Source: Eledone cirrhosa | Lineage: Eukaryota | Length of the DNA stretch: 64,000 nt | NCBI GenBank assembly: GCA_964016885.1 | Contig: OZ024742.1 | Span: 351,230,001-351,294,000, forward strand | Direction: 5' to 3' | Part shown: piece by piece, positions 40,085 to 53,199 of the stretch | How the letters are laid out: each line of letters opens with the position of its first letter | How positions within the stretch are numbered: position 1 is the stretch's first letter | Program-made: the position numbers and the translations under genes | The notes under the pieces: generated by a model | What the model was told of the DNA's origin: nothing | Database searches by the model: none | The model's input: only the letters and a program-made list of their open reading frames with translations

Positions 40085-42955
40085 AGCAAAACCTACGTCT
40101 GAAATGGAAAAACATCATTGTGGTATGTCCTTCAAAAACATACACATTCAGGGTAAAAAAGAATACATTCTTGGTATGATACAAAGGACCAACGAATGTA
40201 TTCGGCGGATTAGATGGAGGGCCTTCCACTTCGATAGGAAAAGGATTACACAAACTTCCGACACCAACAACAATAAGTTTGGTTTCAAATCCTACAAAAA
40301 CCCACCCTCTAACCCTCTTTTGGATTCTTTCAAGCAGGACTTAATGAAAATGATAACCGGAATCAAATTTACAAACGGAAGGAAAAACGACTGCAACGAG
40401 ATATTAAAACTCTACTCGACAACCTAAGGAATACCAAAGGAATTATCATAAAGGCAGACAAAACATCGAATCTATACACCCTGGATGTAGAAACATATAA
40501 TAATGTTATACGTAAGGAATTACATAGGAAGTACATATAAACAAACGCAACTACACTAACCAACATTAATGACGCAGCATGTGATATTGTTAAGAAACTG
40601 AAAATCTAAGACAGAACGGTAAACCTATCTCCAGCTACACCGACTTTTAATCTGAAGGACCATAAGGATAACTTCGATACTAACCCTAACATTAGATTAA
40701 TATGTCCTTCAAAGTCCGATATAGGTAGAATCAGTAAGTACATATTAGATCGTATTATCCCCCAAGTTAAGGCTAAGGTAGATATTAAATTATGGGGTAA
40801 TACTCAACAGGCAATAAGATGGTTCAATAACATTAGTGACAAAAACAAATCTTCTTTTATTCAATTCGATATAGATGAATACTATTCCTCTATTTCACGC
40901 GAAACCCTGCATAAGGCCCTCTCATTCGCTAAGACTAACTCTGACCTCACAAACGAGGAAATTAATATTATACTTGAAGCTAGACGCACAGTAGTTCATT
41001 TTGAAAATAGTTATTGGGTCCGCAGAGATAAGCCCTCGGAATTTGACATTACGGTGGGTTCTAATGATTCGGGGGAGGTCACGGATCTGGTTGGGATCTA
41101 TATAGCCCACAGACTCCAGAGCGAATTTACGGACCTCCACGGCGGAATATACCGCGACGATACACTTCTATTAGTCAAGAATATGAACAAACAAAACCTA
41201 GAAAAGCGACGTAAAAACGTTAGGAAACTTTTCTTAGAACTAGGGCTTAATATTACCTTCGAACACAATCTTAAGGTGGTCAACTTATTGGATGTCACCT
41301 TCAACCATAATAACGGTAATATAGAGCCATTTCACAAACTTAATGAAAATCTCAAGTACGTTAATGTAAAATCGAACCATCCCCATTCCATTATTAAATA
41401 TATCCATAAAAATATATCCATAAGGATCTCCCGACTGTCGTCTAATTTGCAGACCTTCAACGAGCTTGCTGAATATTGTAATGACGCACTTAGAAAAGCT
41501 GGTTACTGCGAGAAAATAGAATATCTAGACGATAACCACATAAGTACTATGAATAAAACACATCTAAGTCGAACTAGTATTGCACCACACACACACATCA
41601 ATAGGCATACTGATAGGTGCAAACCAGCAAATAGAGTCAGACGTAGAGAGTACATATGGTATAACCCCGTGTACAATATTTCTATTAGCACTAAGATTAT
41701 CTCACAATTCTATACACTAATCAATAAACACTTTACAACTTCACATAAATACTATAACATCTTTAACTCGCGCACCACTAGGCTCTCGTACTCCACTGTA
41801 CCTAACATATAACAACTAATTAAAAAACTCAACTCAGCAATACTAAATAAGTACATCCCTAATGACTCAGCGCACCAGCATAGCAACATACAACGCACTA
41901 ACACGCAACTACAACCCCACCAAACTATCCAGGATACTACCGCAAAACATAAAAATAATTGTAACTGCACGAAACCAGGTACGTGCCCACTGAATAACCA
42001 GTGCCTAGCACGCAATATTGTCTACCGATGTACAATAAATTCCGGAACCAACAAATGGTATTACGTCGGATGTACCGCAACTTCTTTCAAAGCTCGCCTA
42101 TACCAACATCGATCTTCGATCAGGCACGAGAAAATGCGCTCCGTAACAACCCTCGCCGATAAAGCCTGGCAGCTCCGGAGGAACAATCAAGCATTCTACC
42201 TTGATTGACAAATGATTGCGATGCGCCTGCATATAAGCAAAATCAACGATTCTGTCAATTATGCAAATTGAGATATACTGCATTTTAACGTCGGTAAACA
42301 AACTTTTGAACAACAAAATTGAACGTTCACTGTACTGTAACCATCGTTTGAAAACGACTTTTTCTTTTTTTTAAATGCATGTAATGTTACCTTTTTACAC
42401 CACCGTTTGCAAATTTCTGTTGTATATGTTTATACACAGGATATGGCCTTCTATAATAATAGTACTAAACACTGTTTTCTGGACCCCTTTAGAAATAACC
42501 TGCTACTATAATAGCCCCAATAACTTGTCTGTAACTCTGTACCACTTTGACCCCTTTAACTAAATTTTGTCCAAACAAAACCACTAGAATAATTTACTTC
42601 CCCCTGCCAACCCTAACACGCCTCAATAAGTTAACTGCTGCCAAAACATTCTCTCCTTACAATCTCTACTAGTCTGACAGTCTTAAATCCTAGGACTCCC
42701 TCCCCCTTACTCACTTTCCTCTTCCCCTTCTCTTCCTACATTCTTCTTTCTCTTTTATCTAGTGTATAAAATATTTTCATATCTTCCAATACAAAGGTCT
42801 GACGACATGGTGTGTTTGCTTGCTGTGTACCTTCGGTTTATGATAATATTTTTATATTATTCAAATAGCGAGGTATAGGTAACCCATACACTATAGAAAC
42901 AATTGTTACCTAATAAATTCTTTATACCCGCATTTCCGTTTCATAAACTTCTTCT

Positions 42956-42960
<5 letters not shown>
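40085..42960 (+). mobile_element. Near full-length, mutated Penelope-like element (RT + GIY-YIG + pLTR)
   Basis: SFKNIHIQ..RRIRWRAFHF, KADKTSNLY, LKDHK..RLICPSKSDIG, FIQFDIDEYYSSI, GGIYRDDTLL, YVNVKSNHP, IWYNP, CNCTKPGTCPLNNQCL..VYRCTI..YYVGCTATSFKARLYQH. Several stops and frameshifts; flanked by (TA)n. Confidence 0.93.
42795..42911 (+). ncRNA. Type I hammerhead with ~90-nt extended stem II in the PLE pLTR
   Basis: AGGT-CTGACGA-(C)ATGGTGT...ACACTAT(A)-GAAA-CAATTG-TT-ACCT, with an inner helix TACCT/AGGTA. Confidence 0.7.
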
Positions 42961-43030
<70 letters not shown>

Positions 43031-43043
43031 CATACATACATAT

Positions 43044-43345
<302 letters not shown>

Positions 43346-44689
43346 CTCAGCTGTAGAAATGAGATGATAGGACTGGGGTCCCTATCATTAAATAGCCCAA
43401 GACACCTCAAACGAGATATACCTTGATGGAGGCCAGCTAATCATGCATAAGTGTGAGCTGTCACACACAATATGGCGGAAGGAGGTAATATGGTCGACTG
43501 TAGCTAGGTATCCAAAATATATTTTAATCGTTAGTATCATTTAAGATGATATTGGGTGGTTTACTGGCCTGATAGTCAAGAAATATTCCTCGTATTACAA
43601 TAGTTGATTTATTTTGAACCTAATCTACAAAATCTTTGTAAAGTTATTGATTTCCTATTGATGCTAGTTAAATACACACCCTTCTTACGATTGGGTCGCA
43701 TTTCTTGCAATTACTATGTATTTCCTCGTAAATGAAATATGTGATTGTATTTCACGTGAAAATGATTAATCCCTGCATGAATATGCACATATGATATGCA
43801 CATCAAGATCATTTTGATTTAAACTTCAAATTTCTAATTAAAGAACGGTGATTGATAATATTTATAAGGAAACACGCACGCTAAACATTAAGAAGCATGT
43901 GGATTCATAAAAATAATACATACACATATTAATAATAGTCATTACTTAATAATGAAACGGTATAAATAAAACTGTTCCACGTTCAATCATTAAGGGACCC
44001 TTTTAAATCAATATTAAGAAACAAAATTATTTTCAAGAAATAAAAATAAAATAACCTTTCAAAATATAAATGTAGTAGAAATCATTTTGATGAGAAAATG
44101 AATCATTTGATTATCGGTAAATATTTAAATTTATTTAAATTCAGTCAGTGATTTCTAATCTTCAGAGGGCAAAAATTCCTATTCATATCATTTTATTCAG
44201 TATCTTTTATCTCCCATCATTTTATTCAAGTGAAAAAGCAAGAGTTTAATTAATATTTCACAATGTCCGTATATACTTTTCATTCTGTATCGATCTGCAT
44301 TGATTATTCGAAATGCAATGCAACTGATTAATAAATTCCTTAGAAAGCACTATTTTTCAGCGCGGATGGATGTTTTATATAATGCCCATATTTTAGTTTT
44401 CAAGGGCAGTGGATGCTATATGTAAGTGGATGGACGAAATTCGGATTTGCCTTTGGAGTCAAATTGCCGCCGGAATCCAATTGTTAAGCCACTGGTACCC
44501 GATGCCACTTGTACCCGATTCAGGAGCAAAATTAACTCTACAATATGTTCTCTTTAGAGATACTACTTTGTATCAATATACATAGACATATTTTAGTATT
44601 TTAAAAGCTACTTCTCTGAATTAAGAGATCACAGATCCGATACTGTTGGCTATGTAATTAGAAAGTTTCATGAAAGATTCGCTGCAAAG

Positions 44690-44880
44690 ATTTTACGGGT
44701 TACACCAACCGGCATAAGACCAGGGAGTAAACTCCAAGCAATATATAAATGGGCATCGAGCTGTATCAATTGAAGACGGTTACTCATGGCATGAACCGCT
44801 GGAAGGAATGTTTGAGGGCCCTGCCCTCACCACCATATCAGGGATAATTGGGCCTCGGAGAAGAGAAAATATGTTGGTTA
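44690..44880 (+). mobile_element. Possible RTE 3'-end remnant
   Basis: RVTPTGIRPGSK..RWKECLRALP resembles the fragment at 34265. Confidence 0.4.
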
Positions 44881-45578
44881 TCCAGGAAAACGAATAGGAT
44901 TTACCTAATCCACCAGAGAGCAATTAGTGAAGGTTAGGAAATATCAAGCTTGTCCTTTTCAATACATTTAGATACATATTTAGGTGATAGTTATAACATT
45001 GCATTGCGAATGTTTACCACCCATAACTTAACATCTAATCATATTTAAACAATGATCAATTTCTCATATTATATATGTATATTCGATTCATGATTATTAA
45101 CATTTCTAATTTTATTTATTCATTTCATCTCAATTGTTAAGTTAACTCAACACGTCATGACTTAGAGTTTTCGTTCTCTCACCTTCTCTCTGTCTCCTCT
45201 CTCTATATATATCTTTCTCTCTCTGTTGTTTTGGTCTCTCTCCTTCATTTTCTTTCTGTGTAACAAACGGCTTATTTTAAAAATAAAAATATCCAATACT
45301 AATAATAATATAAATAAACAACTCCACTATCCCGGAGCTTCCAACAGTAATAGTTGCATTTTTGAGGGTATGTCAATATTTATTTATAAAACTGATCCAT
45401 ATTATATTTTGTATGATGAAAGCACACCATAATTTAAATTGCTGTCCTTGAAATATGTATAATGAAATAAATATGGTTTTATAAATATAGGTTCCATTTG
45501 TTAATATCGTATATATATATAAAGTATATACATATATATCTTTATATATACATATTTATATATACATATATATATATT

Positions 45579-45628
<50 letters not shown>

Positions 45629-45721
45629 GTGAATATGTATATATATATATATATAATATATATATGTTGATTTAAAACTTCACTACTCACAAGTGTTTTT
45701 TAAGCTTCATATCATATCTTA

Positions 45722-45780
45722 TTTTATCTGATGAAAACGCAGATATGAGGATATTTGTTTTTGAAATGAGCATAATAAAA
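45722..45780 (+). ncRNA. Minimal type I hammerhead ribozyme (family F)
   Basis: TTTTAT-CTGATGA-AAAcGCAGATAT GAGG ATATTTGTtTTT-GAAA-TGAGCA-TA-ATAAAA. The copy at 46584-46650 has palindromic TGCGCA but a damaged core. Confidence 0.75.
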
Positions 45781-45817
45781 TATTTGGAACTCTTTTAACC
45801 ATCTTTTGATCTTATAT

Positions 45818-46300
<483 letters not shown>

Positions 46301-46337
46301 CTTATATAATATATAATATATAATATATAATATATAT

Positions 46338-46690
46338 GTAGGAGGTGAGTTTTATTGTAGTACAATAAATCAATGCATATATCGGATAAGTAGCACTCTA
46401 CAGTTTGTAGGACTGGAGTATAAATAATATATAAGATCAAAAGATGGTTAAAAGAGTTCCATGTATTTTATTATGCGCATTTCAAAAACAAATATCATCA
46501 TGCAATAACATTTGCTTTTGATATGTTAATTTAAAACTGCACTATTCACAAGTGTGTTTTAACCTTCATATCATGTCTCCCTATTTTATCTGACCAAACG
46601 CAAATGTTATTGCATGATGATATTTGTTTTTGAAATGCGCATAATAAAATACATGGAACTCTTTTAACCATCTTTTGGTCTTATATATTA
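46338..46690. mobile_element. Family F module with inverted arm
   Basis: 46425-46516 is an inverted repeat of 46600-46692. Confidence 0.8.
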
Positions 46691-46711
46691 TATATATATA
46701 TATATTTATAT

Positions 46712-46777
<66 letters not shown>

Positions 46778-46872
46778 TTGAATATATATATATATAATAT
46801 TTTGAATAATATATATATATATATTATTCAAAATATTAATAAATGAAGATGTTCACATAATCAAAATATATG

Positions 46873-46927
46873 TTTTATTATATATATTTCGGAGGTACTG
46901 TGCTGTGTACGTCCTCGTCAGGACGTT
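46873..46927 (-). ncRNA. Hammerhead motif (family E copy, stem I 5' strand lost)
   Basis: Reverse complement reads CTGACGA-GGAcGTAC..GTACcTCC-GAAA-TATATA-TA-ATAAAA. Confidence 0.65.
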
Positions 46928-46935
46928 GTCGTCAG

Positions 46936-46996
<61 letters not shown>

Positions 46997-46997
<1 letters not shown>

Positions 46998-47445
46998 AAA
47001 GTTATATTTAAATTGTTGGGTTACAACTAGTAAATATTTATAACTGATATAAAAGCACTCGACAAATATTTGGAGTATATTTACAATATCAAATAAATGG
47101 AAACTATATTTATAAAACCATATTTATTTCATTATATATATTTCAGGGATATCATATTAACAATATGCTATGCCTTCTTCAGACAAAATACAATATAAAC
47201 AGTTTTATAGATAAATAGATTCGACATACCGTAACAACATCGACTTGTATTTGAAAAGGTTGATCAACCTTTTCAAATACAAGTCGATGTTGTTACGGTA
47301 TGTCGAATCTATTTATCTATAAAACTGTTTATATTGTATTTTGTCTGAGGAAGGCATAGCATATTGTTAATATGATATCCCTGAAATATATATAATGAAA
47401 TAAATATGGTTTTATAAATATAGTTTCCATTTATTTGATATTGTA
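46997..47445. mobile_element. Family A fold-back module with near-perfect ~360-bp palindrome
   Basis: Symmetry centre AAGGTTGATCAACCTT (~47256-47271). Hammerheads at 47127-47188 (-, CTGAAGA) and 47339-47400 (+, CTGAGGA). Confidence 0.88.
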
Positions 47446-47469
47446 TATATATATATATATATGTAAATA

Positions 47470-48300
47470 TGATAATAATGGAGCTGCGGCGTTGGAAATA
47501 GGTTACATATGAAAAAGTTTGTCCTTCATCAGTGGTCTTCCAACCGTCCTAGGCATTTCATCGCTTTAAATACCATATACCTCAGGTTGGTGCGAGCAAC
47601 GGTTAAAAAATGTCGTTGGGACACGTAAATAAAGGGGACGCTAGGGTAAACAAACAAAATGGTTTAAGCAACAGAAAGTGATGAAGAAAGAGACAAGTCC
47701 CAGATTTCTATGAATATAAATTCGGTGAAATCGTGAACGAGAGAATAAAGACCATCAAACCTGGTTGAAATGTGAGCAAGGAAGGAATTTCGCACAGGTC
47801 TAACGGGAGGAAGAAGGGGTCTGGTCTGCGAATTCGGTAAACATAAGTTCTGTGAAGTCGCAGACGAGAGAGAGAGAGAAAACAAATTCATACCGGCTTG
47901 GCCAAGAGAGCGCGAGAAAAGAATTATGGACAGGTCAAACGGGACGAAAGAGGAGGAGGAGAGGTAGTGACAGAGAATGAGTGAGTGAAGGGTGAGGAAG
48001 AGGCTAACAGAGAGAGAGAGACTGCTAGAAAGGGTAAAGATACAAAGAACGAAACAGACGGGTGGCAGCAGAGGAAAAAATATATGTGTAAATATGATAA
48101 TAGTGGAGCTCCGGCGTTGCAAATGGGTTACATATGAAAAAGTTTCTCCTTCATCAGTGGTCTTCCAACCGTCCTAGGCATTTCATCGCTTTAAAGACCA
48201 TATACCTCAGGTTGGTGCGAGCAACGGCTAAAAAAAGTCGTTGGGACACGTAAACAAAGGGGACGCTTGGGTAAACAAACAAAATGGTTTAAGCAACAGA
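47470..48300 (-). mobile_element. Family H module, ~625-bp unit with ~200-bp terminal direct repeat
   Basis: 47471-47675 repeats at 48096-48300. No credible ORF; flanked by (TA)n. Confidence 0.85.
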
Positions 48301-48717
48301 TATATATAATATATAATACGAATCCTCTGACTTTTTCGAATGCTGCCATTAAGTTCAATCAAGCACACTAAATGTATGCAGGTGCTTTAGAATATCAAAG
48401 TCACGCACGCACGCGTTTTATCACAGTTATTCCCAGTCCTAATCAACAAAACACAATATTTAGCGAGCCAGGACCTAGTATTTATTGCAACATCTAACCT
48501 GATACTCTATCCAGCCAATTTCAGTCAGAATACTTCAAACGACCTGGGACCTTGCATCTGGTTTTAACTCGAGATCTTGTTATTGCGACACATATCACTT
48601 AAACACTGCCAGTTTATATTAAAAGCCCATGTCCATGTGTGTGTGTATGAGTCGTAAGAAGTTTCATTGACATATAGCCATGATCAAATCAATATTTTCC
48701 TTCATTTTTTTTTGTCT

Positions 48718-48903
48718 GTGGATTGGCAGTATTGGGAGAGGGTCGGACGCCATTCTTTGAAGCATAGTATTACGACCCTTGCCAATTTGAGGTCAAAACC
48801 CGCCGAGGTTAAATTTTATTTTCATCCTCACGGGGTCTATAAAATAAAGTAGCAGTAATGTACTGAGTAATTGCTGGCCTTGTGCCAAAAGTAGAAACAA
48901 TTA
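48718..48903 (+). mobile_element. SINE family 1 copy
   Basis: GGATTGGCAGTATTGG..CCCGCCGAGGTT..TTTCATCCTCACGGGGTC..GGCCTTGTGCCAAAAGTAGAAAC. Confidence 0.85.
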
Positions 48904-49777
48904 TGTTTGTTTTCTGTAACATAATGTCATTCCTGCAATGTAGCAAATCACATATTTCATTTGTGTAGTACGATATTTAGTGAGAAACTCCATGTCTTCT
49001 ATTATTGAACAGATTTTCTAAGCACAATTTTAGTTGAAACTTGTCTTTCCATAAATGAATATGAACAAAACAAATACAAGTGTTTCATAAAACAATTCTA
49101 TTTCTATCAGGCGAAACTAAGAATTGTACCTTCTGAATTTAATTAGAGGCAGAAACGAAAGTAAGCTAAAATATTGCAGCCAATTAGTGCGTACATGGCA
49201 TATGTGAACAGATGTGGAAATGCAACTATCAATAGTTTCGATTCAGGCAACATTATATTGAACCAAATATAGGCAGTGAAATAGAAAGTGAGACATGCAA
49301 ATTAAAATTATAAACTAGATCACGAATAACGAATAAAAAAGAGGTTTTATTATGTTATGTGTTTGGTTAGTTCATCAACGTTAAAGTGACGATAAAAATA
49401 CATAACAAGTCTCATACTCACTGTTTATTCGTTAACTAATTGAACGTTGTTATTATATTTTAGATTCTATGACGTTGACGTTGGAGTTCACCGCTGAGAA
49501 TGTACGTTTATACTTGCTATCAAATCAAATCAGTCGACAAACTATCGATTATAGTTTTAAACCATTAACATAGATGAGAGGTTCACTTCCATTTCACTGA
49601 AGCATTTGCCAGTTGTGGTAAATACATACAAATATATCAGATTGATATCGAAGCATATGCATACAAACATGCATATGTTCTCATGAAACTAAATATTTGC
49701 ATATCGGAGATTCGATGATTTGCAGGAATTTGAATGAAACTCGTTCACTCTTTGGTGTAAATCGCACCAAGCCTCGT

Positions 49778-49840
<63 letters not shown>

Positions 49841-49843
<3 letters not shown>

Positions 49844-50533
49844 CGTTCCTTTGTCAATGTTGAACAAACGAGCAACGATGGTTGCTAGACACTATGGCTT
49901 AATACGGGTTGTCTGTTTACAAACACACCGAGCATTATAATAAATGTTCGGTGAATCCATACGTACATATATATATATATATGTGTGCATGTATGTATAT
50001 ATATATATACATACTACTGTACGTATGTATACATATATGTATGCACGTGTACATACTAATATTTAAGTAACAGCCGTACTAAGAGTGGGAAATGGAATTT
50101 CGTTTCATTTTTTCCGTTTATCGTTTTCGGTGCACTCGGCCGATTAACCCACTCGATATGCAAATTGGGCTACTCAGCCTTTAATATGCATAAGGTAAGT
50201 ATATACGTTCAACAATCTGGCAGGAAGGTATACGTTGCTGACGATAGCTAATAAGCTTGAAACTAGTACAGCGTTCCTTTGTCAGTGTTAAACAAACCAG
50301 CAACGATGGTTGCTAGACACTACGGTTTAATACGGGATGTTTGTTTACAAACACAGCGAGCATTATAATAAATGTTCGGTGAATCCATACGTACATATAT
50401 ATATTTGTGCATGTATGTATATATATACATACTACTGTACGTGTGCATACATATATGTATGCACTTGTACATACTTATATTTAAGTAACAGCCGTACTAA
50501 GATTGGGAAATGGAATTTCGTTTCATATTTTCC

Positions 50534-50538
<5 letters not shown>
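49841..50538 (+). mobile_element. Retrozyme-like partial tandem (family J), ~428-nt unit
   Basis: 49842-50119 repeats at 50270-50538. A hammerhead sits at the junction, with (TA)n on both sides. Confidence 0.85.
50233..50273 (+). ncRNA. Minimal type I hammerhead ribozyme (family J)
   Basis: CGTTG-CTGACGA-T AGCT AATA AGCT T-GAAA-CTAG-TA-CAGCG. Palindromic stem III, GUA triplet. Confidence 0.8.
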
Positions 50539-50574
<36 letters not shown>

Positions 50575-50577
<3 letters not shown>

Positions 50578-51054
50578 AAAATGTCAAGAACAAAGCGGTC
50601 GGTTGTACAATAGGGTTTATTTAAAGTATTAACAATTGTTTCATTGGTCCGGTGTGTCTAAAATCGCTGATCGTTAGAAGCCACGTCACTCGATTTTAAT
50701 TACAATCGACACCTGACTAAATCATTATAATACTTATATCTGTACATGATACCGTGCGTGTATATATATATATATATATCCTAATTTTGGCTGGACTGGC
50801 AATCACTCTGTATAATCAGCTTCTGATTATTACTAGAATTCTTTAAGAATCCAACTTCTATAATTTTCAGCAGAAGCAGGGGAATGTGTTGTCCTGATGA
50901 ATACCAACCAGCGTGAAACAGACTGTTAGCCTCTCTCCTTCTTTGACCGAAAATAAGTAATTGACATAGTCACTACTTTAAAACTGATAGCGTATGCTCT
51001 TCTAAATGTTTTTAATAAAACATACAGTTTATTGCCAAATATACTATACATACA

Positions 51055-51094
<40 letters not shown>

Positions 51095-51400
51095 AATTAG
51101 CCAGGTATCCTTTAAAGCCATCCAAGTACAGGTTATGAGTACACTATATCGAGGGTAGTTCTAACGTTGGGCTTTGTTTGACTCAATAAGACGTTTACTT
51201 GTGGTGTTCGTGTGGCCGATTCCAGACTGTTCCTACGTAAGCTGTTCCTGGTGTGAAGAATAACATTGAACGGCTATATAGTAGGGTTTATTCCAGCTAT
51301 TAACAAATGTTTCATTGGTTCGTTGTGTCTAAAAACCACTATCCGCAGTGTGCCGCAACACTCGATTTTAATTACAGTTACACCAACCAAATTCTCAAAA
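50575..51400 (-). mobile_element. Two diverged copies of a family L module (~50575-50735 and ~51280-51400) with decayed hammerheads
   Basis: Both share TAGGGTTTATT..TATTAACAA.TGTTTCATTGGT.CG.TGTGTCTAAAA..CACTCGATTTTAATTACA. The minus strand has long stem II-GAAA-CA(A/T)TTG-TT-AATA, but the CTGANGA core is mutated. Confidence 0.6.
50890..50931 (+). ncRNA. Degenerate hammerhead motif
   Basis: CTGATGA-14 nt-GAAA-CAGACTG-TT. Stems I and II pair poorly. Confidence 0.4.
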
Positions 51401-51516
51401 TACTAATTCCGTTTAGATGCAACAGCGGTGATATATTTATAGTTACATGAAAAATAACATGAATAATAAAAAGAAGGAAAGAGTAGTGATGAGGGGGATA
51501 ATGGCATGACATAATA

Positions 51517-51785
51517 ATAATTGTTTCTACTTTTGGCACAAGGCCAGCAATTACCCAGTACATTACTGGTACTTTATTTTATCGACCCCGTAAGGATGAA
51601 AGGCAAAGTTAACCTCGGCGGGATTTGAACTCACATCATAAAGTGCCGTAACTCTTTGCTGCAAAACATGGCGTCCGGCCCTCTACCGAAACTGCCAAAA
51701 TAATAATTGTTTCTACTTTTGGAACAAGGCTAGCAATTAAACAGTACATTACTGGTACTTTATTTTATCGACCCGGTAATGATGA
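51517..51785 (-). mobile_element. SINE family 1 copy plus a partial copy
   Basis: Reverse-complement core ATCGACCCCGTAAGGATGAAAGGCAAAGTTAACCTCGGCGGGATTTGAACTC. Confidence 0.9.
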
Positions 51786-53199
51786 AGAAAGTGGTATGAA
51801 AAGACAATAAGATAGATATAAAAATAGAAATAAGAAAAAAGAATAACAATACCGGTAGAGTTGCAATTCAAAATATTTTGAGAAATAGATGTTTAATAGG
51901 TGGAGGTGTAGTTTGAGAGTGACAGTGGCTATAATTGATGATTGATATTATATGTGATGGAAGGGAATTGAAGGGCTGTCTGTGTCTTTAAAGGAGGAAA
52001 CCTGAATCACTGACAGAGTGTCAGCTACACTTGCGTCATTGGTCAGGAGTTTATTAATTTGCATTATATTGGTTGATGGTGTAACCTTTCAAGTGTTGTA
52101 GAAAGTTCGCAATCGTAGGGTGAATAATCGTTAAAGGTGATAAGGAGATGTTATAGTGGTTAGGTGGCACCAAAGTTGCAGACGCTATAAGTTGTGTTAT
52201 ATGGATAGTCTGGTAGGGTCATCATATTAACATACAACGTTTCTAGGGTATTTTTGAAATCTGGTGTAGACCATCTACTATCCAGAACTAAATACAGTAG
52301 ATTTCCTCCAGAGAAGGATAGAGAGAGTGAGGGAATGGAAGTGAGAAACTGATATAGAGGAAGAATCGACGCCGATATTTGACTGGTACTTTTTTATCGA
52401 CCTTAAATAGATGAAAGGCAAATTTGACCTTGCCGGAAATTGAATAGGCATTATTTGCTTCAATCTTTTTCATTCCATTTCACTTGTGTAGTCTTCAATT
52501 CATATACACACACGCAAAACATGTATGTGTGTAGATTAACTACTAAATAATATATATGTGTATGTTAATTTGTCTACGTTAAAATGTATAAAATATAATA
52601 CTTTTTCCTCAATACATAACAGTCAAAGAAAATATTCTTGCTCCACATTCTTTCTTAGTTAAATACATAATAATGGGAATTACCACAGATCATAATTTTC
52701 ATTTTCTAGAATGTGTGAAAGGAATTACTACGGTCTTATAAGTTTACACGCCTGAATACAAAGTTAACTTCTCTCAAATTATTAAACGGAAACAGACTAA
52801 CGACATTTTCCTCTGCAAATTAGTTAACCCCCCCCCCACACACACACACACACACACGCACAAACACACGCGTACACACACATGCGTTAATACGTGAATA
52901 ACTTCTAATTACTAGCGACGACACCGGTCTAATCACTCGAGCCTCTTACTGTGTCCGTCACTCGTTAAGTTGTTCTCCAGTTTTAAGACGGCTGTATTTT
53001 GAAGAGTGTATATGAATTGACAATAAGAATTGCAGCTTTTGTAAACTTTATCGACCACCTATATAAACCTTGCTATCTGGATAATTGTCAATTAAGACCA
53101 TATGATCAAACCCGAGCTGATTGATACGGAAACACACATTTTTATATGTACTAAAGTTTAAAACAATCTGCAATTTTTATTCTCACTATATATCTATAT

